Origin: an uncultured Gammaproteobacteria bacterium
GTDB lineage: Bacteria; Patescibacteriota; Microgenomatia; UBA8517
Direction of reading: 5' to 3'
DNA length: 64,000 bases
Assembly: GCA_964627195.1 (NCBI GenBank)
Contig: CAZVJU010000001.1
Span: forward strand, 9,066 to 73,065
The notes beneath the pieces are model-generated. The model was not told the origin of the DNA. It did not search any database and saw nothing but the letters and a program-made list of their open reading frames with translations. Position 1 is the stretch's first letter. The number at the start of each line of letters is the position of its first letter. This document shows positions 38,640-45,549 of this stretch, in pieces. The position numbers and the translations under genes were made by a program.

Positions 38640-40310
38640 TTAAGAGTCTAGACTCACCTCACCATCTTTAGAAGAAATTCCGAGCGAAGGTAGTATAAAC
38701 CAAAAAGTCGTTCCTTTCCCTTCCTCGCTTTCAAACCATATCTTGCCACCCGAGGAATCAACAATTGCTTTGGTCAAGTATAGCCCTAAACCAGTTCCGT
38801 CTGTCTCTATCCCAATAATATTTTTGGAGCGGAAAAACTTAGTAAATACTTTTTCCTGATCACGCTTAGGAATTCCGAAACCGTTATCTGAAATTTGAGA
38901 AATTATTTCATTTCCTGATTTCGAAATAAGCACAACTATCTCACCACCCTCAGGAGTGTATTTAATTGCATTCGTCAATAAATTCATATAAACGTGTCTG
39001 GTTAACTTAGGATCAATTTTGATTTTTGGAAGTTCCCCATGGACACTAACAATAAGTTTGTGATTTTTTTTCTGTATTTTGGGTTGAAGTTCCAAAACAA
39101 CTTGATCCACTAAAGTTTTTATGTCGGTAGGCTCGGGATCAATAATTATTCTCCCGGATTCAATTCTTGAGATATTAAGAAGAGTGTTAACAAGCCCTAT
39201 CATCCGCTCGTTTGACTGATAAATGTTCTCTACTAACTCTTTCTGCTCGGCATTTAGAGATCCCATCTCTCCGTCAACTAGCATTTCAGTAAACCATTTT
39301 ATTGCAGATAGTGGAGTTCTCAGCTGGTGGGATGCTAGAGAAATAAACTCCGTTTTCATCCTGTCAACCTCTCTTTCTTTAGTCACATCTCTGAAAACAT
39401 CGATTCCCCCGATTACCAATCCGTAAACTACCACCGGAGTTGCGGTTATCGAAACTGCAAATTGCGAACCATCCTTTCTTTGATAATAATAACTGTTACT
39501 TATGACTTTTTTATTTGAATAAAGAGCATTCCTTATAGGTCTTTCCGAAACAGGAACTTCATTTCCTTGCCCATCGATTAGTTTTATTGAATGAATCAGG
39601 GATTTACCCATAAGTTCTTCCTCTCTCCAACCAGTCAAAATTTCTACCTGTTTATTTATAAAAATTATTTCCCCTTTGTTATTTATACCAATCACACCGT
39701 CACCGATATTTTCCAACATCACTTCGATCTTCGCCTTAGACGCTTCAACCTCACGATTTTTTACAATCAAATCCTGCCGTATCTTATCTATATCTTCCCC
39801 TCTAGTATAAAAAAGGTTAGAACACCCTATCTCGAGCTGAACCCATTCCGCCAAATCTCTTAAAGTCTCTCTTTCAATTTCAGAGAGACGTCTTGATATT
39901 CTGTCAGCAATAAATAAAACACCAATAATATTTCTATCCTCTATTTTTATGGGCGCTCCGGCATAGAACTTAAGATTTGGTCCCGAAGTGACTAATGGAT
40001 TTTTAGTATACAACCCGTCAACCCCAGTATCTTCTACCAAATAAAGATCTTGGGAGCGTAAAACTTCATTCTCAAACGAATTCTCACGAGGAAGCTCTAT
40101 GTTTAAGAGGCCTTGAACAGATTTATACCAAATCCTATTCCTGTCAACTAAAGATATTCCAGAAACCGGGACGCTGAATAAGCGGGTGAGTAGCCTTGTA
40201 ATTCTGTCAAACCTTTCTTCCTTCGGGGTATCAAGAATCCGCATGGATGAAAGTGTCTGCAAGCGTCTCTTCTCCAAAACCTGAGGATCAATCTGGGCAG
40301 TTTGAATCAT
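38640..40310 (-). CDS. Soluble sensor histidine kinase (GAF-PAS-HisKA-HATPase_c)
   Basis: H-box SHQLRTPLSAI, N-box NLLTNAIKYTP, G-boxes DNGFGIP and GTGLGLYL. The N-terminus has a GAF-like region and then a PAS-like region. I see no TM helix. Confidence 0.9.
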   Translation of the reverse strand: MIQTAQIDPQVLEKRRLQTLSSMRILDTPKEERFDRITRLLTRLFSVPVSGISLVDRNRIWYKSVQGLLNIELPRENSFENEVLRSQDLYLVEDTGVDGLYTKNPLVTSGPNLKFYAGAPIKIEDRNIIGVLFIADRISRRLSEIERETLRDLAEWVQLEIGCSNLFYTRGEDIDKIRQDLIVKNREVEASKAKIEVMLENIGDGVIGINNKGEIIFINKQVEILTGWREEELMGKSLIHSIKLIDGQGNEVPVSERPIRNALYSNKKVISNSYYYQRKDGSQFAVSITATPVVVYGLVIGGIDVFRDVTKEREVDRMKTEFISLASHQLRTPLSAIKWFTEMLVDGEMGSLNAEQKELVENIYQSNERMIGLVNTLLNISRIESGRIIIDPEPTDIKTLVDQVVLELQPKIQKKNHKLIVSVHGELPKIKIDPKLTRHVYMNLLTNAIKYTPEGGEIVVLISKSGNEIISQISDNGFGIPKRDQEKVFTKFFRSKNIIGIETDGTGLGLYLTKAIVDSSGGKIWFESEEGKGTTFWFILPSLGISSKDGEVSLDS

Positions 40311-40370
40311 ATCGGTAACCTATTTTATTCTTAAGTATATATCCGCCAAAGAAAGAATTAAACACTCCGG

Positions 40371-41153
40371 TTAATCTTGATTGCGTATCCCTACAACACA
40401 GGCAAATCTGCCTTGGTGATTTAGAGGCAACTCCCTTTCACGAACATGCGAGAAAAATCTGTTATCGTGAACTGTATCAATATAACAATCGATAATATTT
40501 TTCTCTAAAACTCCGGAGTCAATTATTTGTTTTTTGCATAGTCCTACAAAGTCTACCTTATAGTGATTAGCATCAAGCTGATCAATAAATGGCTGCCATT
40601 CAGAGTCATCAACTTGTGAAGGGTTTTCCTTGATAAAAGAATCCTTGCGAGCAGCAGGACCAAGACCAACAATTACATCCTTGGGATTTGTGTTATAGTC
40701 ATTCTCCAACCTTCTAGTGGCTTTGGCGGCTATTTCCAAGTCCACACCCTTCCATCCCACATGAACCAGTCCCACAACTTCTTTTACTGGATCAAAAAAA
40801 ATAACCGGTAAACAATCTGCGATAAGAAGAAATAAATAGAGATTTTTCTTATCTGTAAGTATTGCATCAACTTTAATTGCATAATTGGAATCCAAAATGC
40901 TTCTTCCGGACCATTTCTTATCGGCAATTACAACCTCATCCTTATGAACAACCCACATACAAACAGTTTCGTCAACCGAAACATCAAGTTTTGTTAAAAA
41001 CCTCTTACGATTAGGAACTACCACTGAAAAATCCTGTACTTTTCCAAGAATCGAGTTAGCCATATTTCCATCTGCCTTTGTTGAAAAAGCATGGAAAAGT
41101 TTCGGAAATTTCAGGAGTTCGGGAATTTGATACATTGAATCAAAAAAATACAC
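40371..41153 (-). CDS. pgeF: YfiH/PgeF (DUF152, laccase-domain) protein
   Basis: Conserved blocks LLIADCLPV, LVHVGWKG and a C-terminal FFSH.R. Confidence 0.8.
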   Translation of the reverse strand: MYFFDSMYQIPELLKFPKLFHAFSTKADGNMANSILGKVQDFSVVVPNRKRFLTKLDVSVDETVCMWVVHKDEVVIADKKWSGRSILDSNYAIKVDAILTDKKNLYLFLLIADCLPVIFFDPVKEVVGLVHVGWKGVDLEIAAKATRRLENDYNTNPKDVIVGLGPAARKDSFIKENPSQVDDSEWQPFIDQLDANHYKVDFVGLCKKQIIDSGVLEKNIIDCYIDTVHDNRFFSHVRERELPLNHQGRFACVVGIRNQD

Positions 41154-41556
41154 CTATTAAAAACCCTGCGGGAAGTAGCCAGATAAAAATATTCAAAATG
41201 AAAAGTAAAGTATTAAAACTGTAAAGAGTTGAGTCCAAAAGGAAAAATGTTATCAAAATCCCGTCTGCTAACAATCCTTGTGCAATTGATCTATCATTCT
41301 TTATAGGTGAAAATTTGTATTTATAGTATAGAGTCGGATTTACTATAAAACTTTTACCTCGCAATTGAAGTGGTTCCTGGTTAAACCTGGCATAAGGAAC
41401 CGGGAAACCCGCATAGTATCCACATTCTAAAAGTTTTATATTCCCACAACCAACATTCATAACAATAAATGAAGAAAGAAGAGAAAGAGCTATTCCTATA
41501 AAAAAGAAAGCGGACAAGGTTAAAGTTTTCTTATTAAAACCGAACTTTTTGTTCAT
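41140..41556 (-). CDS. Hypothetical membrane protein
   Basis: 138 aa with an N-terminal TM, a Cys-containing loop and C-terminal TM helices. I recognise no family. Confidence 0.5.
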   Translation of the reverse strand: MNKKFGFNKKTLTLSAFFFIGIALSLLSSFIVMNVGCGNIKLLECGYYAGFPVPYARFNQEPLQLRGKSFIVNPTLYYKYKFSPIKNDRSIAQGLLADGILITFFLLDSTLYSFNTLLFILNIFIWLLPAGFLIGVFF

Positions 41557-41617
41557 ACGTTAATATTGCTTTATTATACATTCATAATGATAAGTCAGGA
41601 AACGGAATGTGCGATTT

Positions 41618-41716
41618 TGCCTAATGTGCGGCGATATATCCGAAGTACCGCCACGGTATGCGTCTGGTTTGGATTATATCAAAAACTTGAGACATTTAGG
41701 ATATACCGCAGTTAGG
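41618..41716 (-). other. attC-like site with canonical core / inverse-core heptamers
   Basis: The minus strand reads GCCTAAC-T-GCGGTATATCC ... GGATATATCGCCGC-AC-ATTAGGC, with an inner hairpin TACCG/CGGTA. A further GTTAGGC lies at 41744-41750. Confidence 0.6.
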
Positions 41717-41798
41717 CGATGTCGCGAACGTAAGTGAGTGACGAGCCTAACAAGGCTTTGGCACCGTGCTGTGCGATGTAAATTTTTTATGTTGTCAG

Positions 41799-42323
41799 TT
41801 AATATAATAAATATTTTCTCGCGAATGAAAGTGCGGCAATCGTCTGACAATCTGCAATTTTACCATCGTCAAACATCTGGTATGCTTTAAAAATTGGAAT
41901 TCCTTTTATTTTTAAACCATGCTCGGTATCTTCCAATTTTTGTTTAGTTTTCTCCAAATTATCTGCCAAAAATACTGTGCATTGTTCTGCGCATAGTCCG
42001 CTCCATGGAGTGTATACTCCAAGTTTTTTCCATGACTTTGCAGTGTAACCAAGCTCTTCCTCAAATACTCTTTTTGCTGCTGCTAATGCGGTATAACCTT
42101 TTTCCTGTCCTCCGCCAGGCAGTTCTAGCGTCCATTGTTTTAATGTATAGCGATACTGGTATGTAAAAATTATTTTAGCCTTTTTGATCGGCACAATAAA
42201 TACTGATCGATCGGTCTCTTTGATATGAATAATGAAGTAATTACCTTCTACATGAGTAGGAGTAATGAATTTTTCATGAGACACATGGAACCATTGATTT
42301 TTATATACAACATTTTCAGACAA
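41799..42323 (-). CDS. NUDIX hydrolase (ADP-ribose pyrophosphatase-like), cassette ORF
   Basis: Nudix box GGGQEKGYTALAAAKRVFEEELGY. It uses a TTG start, and an in-frame TGA lies 3 codons upstream. Confidence 0.8.
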   Translation of the reverse strand: MSENVVYKNQWFHVSHEKFITPTHVEGNYFIIHIKETDRSVFIVPIKKAKIIFTYQYRYTLKQWTLELPGGGQEKGYTALAAAKRVFEEELGYTAKSWKKLGVYTPWSGLCAEQCTVFLADNLEKTKQKLEDTEHGLKIKGIPIFKAYQMFDDGKIADCQTIAALSFARKYLLY

Positions 42324-42523
42324 TTTAGTTCATGGTTTCATTTTAATATTATTCTTTTCCATAAAATAAATTAGAGTTATTCCTTATTACCCCTCCTTAA
42401 TAATTAAAATCAAATTTTCATCTCTAATCAATGCGCAAAAGCTTGAAATCTCCAACAAGATAAAAATTTATTTCGTATAATGTTTCGGTGTATGGGAAGT
42501 TTGCCTTATTTTTCCCATTAGGA

Positions 42524-42856
42524 TTAGTAAATTTGCAAACAGCCCAAGGTTTTGTCTTTTTCAAACGAATGAATGTCTTGACTATTTTTTGTCAAAAGTC
42601 GTTTGATGTTTTGAGTGGAAGTGTTACCTGTTCTGAGCCAAATTACCTTGGGAGGATAACCATAAATAAGGCTTCTTTCGTTGAAATCCGAGTCTTGAGT
42701 TACGAGAGTAAAACCATTGTCGCGAGCGTAGTTCCATACTTTCTCATCAGTGGCTGTTTGTAAATCCAGCAGGTAAACGTGGCTTGAACCTGAAAATAAA
42801 ACCTTAAGCTGCTTAACCAGCTTGCGGGAGATGTTTTGATCTAAGAGTAATTTCAT
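42524..42856 (-). CDS. PIN-like putative toxin (DUF5615 / Mut7-C-like)
   Basis: MKLLLDQNISRKLVKQL...VTQDSDF pattern, paired with an upstream DUF433-like gene. Confidence 0.6.
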   Translation of the reverse strand: MKLLLDQNISRKLVKQLKVLFSGSSHVYLLDLQTATDEKVWNYARDNGFTLVTQDSDFNERSLIYGYPPKVIWLRTGNTSTQNIKRLLTKNSQDIHSFEKDKTLGCLQIY

Positions 42857-43076
42857 GACCAGCCGTAGTTAGGGAATGCTCTCTTTCTGACGCATAGGTT
42901 AAAACTGCCTTAATATCCTCTTTGGTTAATTCGGGAAAGTCGCTTAATATTTTCTTTTTACTCATACCTGAAGAGAGCATTTTCAAAACATCATATACGG
43001 TGATGCGCATATCCCGAATAGTGGGTTGACCACCACGTTTACCTGGTTCGATACTGATAATTCCTTTATAATTCAT
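42813..43076 (-). CDS. DUF433-like putative antitoxin
   Basis: The GKRGGQPTIRDMRITVYDVLKML pattern typical of DUF433. It overlaps the toxin gene by 44 nt. Confidence 0.6.
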   Translation of the reverse strand: MNYKGIISIEPGKRGGQPTIRDMRITVYDVLKMLSSGMSKKKILSDFPELTKEDIKAVLTYASEREHSLTTAGHEITLRSKHLPQAG

Positions 43077-43264
43077 AGTTCTTATAATACTATAAACAAA
43101 AAATTAAGGCAAATTTGGACGGAAGAAAATAGCACAAGCTTAGTTTTATTCGAACCGTGCCATTTTTCTGTAACCCCATGTACCGTGTTATACGCCCCGA
43201 GCGAAACGAAGTGTAGCGAGAGCGCAGCGTGGTCGAGCGATAACGAGAAGAAATGGAGGCAAAA

Positions 43265-43516
43265 TTACAAATCTAGATCACCAATCCAAGTATCCACAAC
43301 CAGCTTTTTTGTTTGTTCCAGATAATCGTGAATACCCGTGAATATTTTCTCTCTACCATCTGGCAGAACAACCCTGATACTATCTTCATGTTTAGTATCG
43401 AATACAGACAGAACAAGCTTGTCACCACTCAATACTAATCTCCTAGTGCCGTCATCTCCTTCGACCACTTCAAGTCCATCAACATGAAATGGTATCTCTT
43501 TTGGTTGTTCTGCCAT
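43265..43516 (-). CDS. Hypothetical protein (83 aa), cassette ORF
   Basis: An ORF with GGAGG 7 nt upstream of its ATG. It is flanked by the 14-nt inverted repeat AATGGAGGCAAAAT / ATTTTGCCTCCATT. Confidence 0.5.
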   Translation of the reverse strand: MAEQPKEIPFHVDGLEVVEGDDGTRRLVLSGDKLVLSVFDTKHEDSIRVVLPDGREKIFTGIHDYLEQTKKLVVDTWIGDLDL

Positions 43517-43535
43517 ATTTTGCCTCCATTATTGT

Positions 43536-43698
43536 ATCTAACGTTTCCGAATATGAGAAGTTTTTGGCCGCTTCCTTACTATATTTTAAGAAAAGAAAAG
43601 GGCAAAAATTTGGGTTGAGAAAAATTTGCATACTTATTAATTTAATTGCGCAAATTTTTTGAACCTCATATTCGGTGTTGTGCGAAATAAGGCTCGGC
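43536..43698 (-). other. attC-like site 2
   Basis: The minus strand reads GCCGAGCCTTATTTCGCACAAC-A-CCGAATATGAG ... CTCATATTCGG-AAAC-G|TTAGAT, with an inner 10-bp hairpin AAAAATTTGC/GCAAATTTTT. Confidence 0.65.
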
Positions 43699-43728
43699 GT
43701 TTTTTCAAATATAGATGGAAAGAATTTT

Positions 43729-44013
43729 TTATTTTTTAATAATATAAGATACTAAGGAATAAACGAGATAAACAACCAAGAATGGAATTACTAATAAAGA
43801 AAAAAATTGAAGAATATAATCACTAAAGTAAAAACAACATTTTGGCAAACCTACGTGCTGTGGCCAATGTTCACATTCTATCTTGGGGCAGACTGCCAGT
43901 TTATACCTAATTTGGGAATATTCCCAGACTCTTAAATAATAGTAAATAACAGTTATTACTGTAGATGCAATAATTTTTTTCTTTGTGGGCTTAAAAAATT
44001 CTTTCCAGTCCAT
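43729..44013 (-). CDS. Hypothetical Cys-rich two-TM protein (94 aa), cassette ORF
   Basis: N-terminal and C-terminal TM helices flank CPKIECEHWPQHVGLPKCC. The gene is flanked by a perfect 22-bp inverted repeat. Confidence 0.5.
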   Translation of the reverse strand: MDWKEFFKPTKKKIIASTVITVIYYYLRVWEYSQIRYKLAVCPKIECEHWPQHVGLPKCCFYFSDYILQFFSLLVIPFLVVYLVYSLVSYIIKK

Positions 44014-44076
44014 ATTATTATCTTGGTTAATTGATTAATATAAAGTTTTCTATTTACTCTAGCCGAGCCTTATTTC

Positions 44077-44195
44077 GCACAACGTTCCAGTATATGCGAT
44101 GTTCCGCTACATCCATATTTTATCAAATTAAAAGTTGTAGTGGAATATGGGAGAGCGAAGTGCAACGAGCGAACCGCATACACTGTGTTAAGAGA
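44077..44195 (-). other. attC-like site 1
   Basis: The minus strand reads TCTCTTAAC-A-CAGTGTATGCGGTTCGC ... GCGGAACATCGCATATACTG-GAAC-G|TTGTGC, an imperfect palindrome with bulges. Confidence 0.65.
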
Positions 44196-44275
44196 CCTGA
44201 AGCAAATCAGTTACATTTTTTAAAACTGATTTGCTGAAAGTGCAACGAGGCAAGCAACTGAAAGGAGCGCAGAGT

Positions 44276-44644
44276 TTATTTTTTGTCAGAAGGTTTAATT
44301 TTTGAAAACAAGTGCTGGATAACTAACAACACTAAATAAATTATTGGTATGTAATAAAGAGCCAAAATAATTTTCGAGTAAGGATATTTTCCATAAATAC
44401 TGCAGCAACAAATCTCTGAAGCTTTGAAAACCTCTCCAGTTTTACCTTTGCTGTCATCTATCTTTGTATCAACTCCATCCTCGCAATATTTTTTACATTC
44501 AGGGTTAGCATCCGTCATGCACTGTATAACTCCCACTTGATCTACTCGAAAATTATGAATTGCAATAATTGAGCTATTCACCCCAACAAAAATTACAAGG
44601 GTTGCTAAAACAATTTTTAAATTAAATAAACTTTTCCAATTCAT
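44276..44644 (-). CDS. Hypothetical Cys-rich two-TM protein (122 aa), first cassette ORF
   Basis: N-terminal TM, a Cys-rich middle (CMTDANPECKKYCEDG...CCCS) and a C-terminal TM. Confidence 0.5.
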   Translation of the reverse strand: MNWKSLFNLKIVLATLVIFVGVNSSIIAIHNFRVDQVGVIQCMTDANPECKKYCEDGVDTKIDDSKGKTGEVFKASEICCCSIYGKYPYSKIILALYYIPIIYLVLLVIQHLFSKIKPSDKK

Positions 44645-44674
44645 TTTGAAACTTTTTCTGACAAAAAATAAATT

Positions 44675-44715
44675 TCTCTTAACTACTGTTTGTACGAATT
44701 GTTGTTCGTATAAAC
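44675..44715. other. attI-like region: an 11-6-11 recombinase-type palindrome plus the first cassette junction
   Basis: GTTTGTACGAA-TTGTTG-TTCGTATAAAC (44688-44715), and on the minus strand G|TTAAGAGA at 44683-44675. Confidence 0.5.
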
Positions 44716-44740
44716 GGTATTATTATGATAAAATAATACC

Positions 44741-45549
44741 ATGTTAATCGAAAAATTATAAGAATACTTGCGAATTGCTGGATACAGTGCAGAAACAATT
44801 AAAACATATACTTTGTGTACCCAAAAAATCTATTCCCGCTTCAAAAAACCGCTTAACCTCATCGCTTCTTCCGAATTCGCTGACTTTTTAGACGAGTTGG
44901 TAAAAAGAGGCAATTCCCCTTATACAATAAACCTATACCATGCTTCTCTCAAACTGGTCATAGAAAAAATTTATGATAAGCCTTTTTATTACAAATTTCC
45001 TTACGCAAAAAGACATAAAAAACTTCCCATTGTACTTTCCAGAAGTGAAATCAACTTGATTTTAAATAAAATTATCAATTCCAAACATAAACTTCTTATA
45101 GCGCTGGCTTATGGAGCCGGATTACGGGTAAGTGAAGCGATAGATCTAAAAGTAAAAGATATCGATCTTCAAGAATTAACCATTCATCTTAAAGATGCAA
45201 AGGGGAAAAAAGACAGGATAACGATCATTCCGGAAAAAATTAGATCTGATCTTCAAAATCTGATTGCGGGAAAGACGGCAAACGGTTACTTTTTGAGAGC
45301 GAACGAGGCGGAAGGCTAACAACAAGAACAGCTCAAAAAGTGTTTACATCTTCGATAAAAAAAGTCGGAATTAAAAAGGATGCAACTTTTCACTCCCTCC
45401 GTCATAGTTTCGCGACACACCTTTTCGAAAATGGAGTCGATATCCGCTATGTGCAAGAACTACTTGGGCATGCTAACATCAGAACAACACAGCTTTATAC
45501 CAAAGTTACAAATCCGAAGCTAAAAAATATAAGAAGTCCACTGCGATGA
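44741..45549 (+). pseudogene. Tyrosine recombinase (Xer/IntI-like) with an in-frame stop and a frameshift
   Basis: - Track ORFs 44768..45319 and 45340..45549 are two halves of one gene.
- After NGYFL the +1 frame continues [17 protein letters not shown]...[11 protein letters not shown]...[16 protein letters not shown], and the shift sits at the T5 run 45290-45294.
- Catalytic residues are present: R (GLRVSE), HxxR, H and Y.
- Upstream in frame, ATG 44741 gives MLIEKL, then TAA at 44759-44761, then EYLRIAGYS. Confidence 0.8.

Larger units (their letters stand above)
41557..45549. mobile_element. Integron-like cassette array plus a decayed tyrosine recombinase (proposed)
   Basis: The recombinase is divergent from six small same-strand ORFs. 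Long structured spacers with AAC...GTT-bounded imperfect palindromes separate them. See findings. Confidence 0.55.

Noticed and set aside
42488-43325. Plus-strand ORFs 42488..42763 and 43026..43325 in the cassette region
   Set aside because: They run antisense across the toxin/antitoxin genes and an attC-like spacer. They have no RBS and a biased composition.
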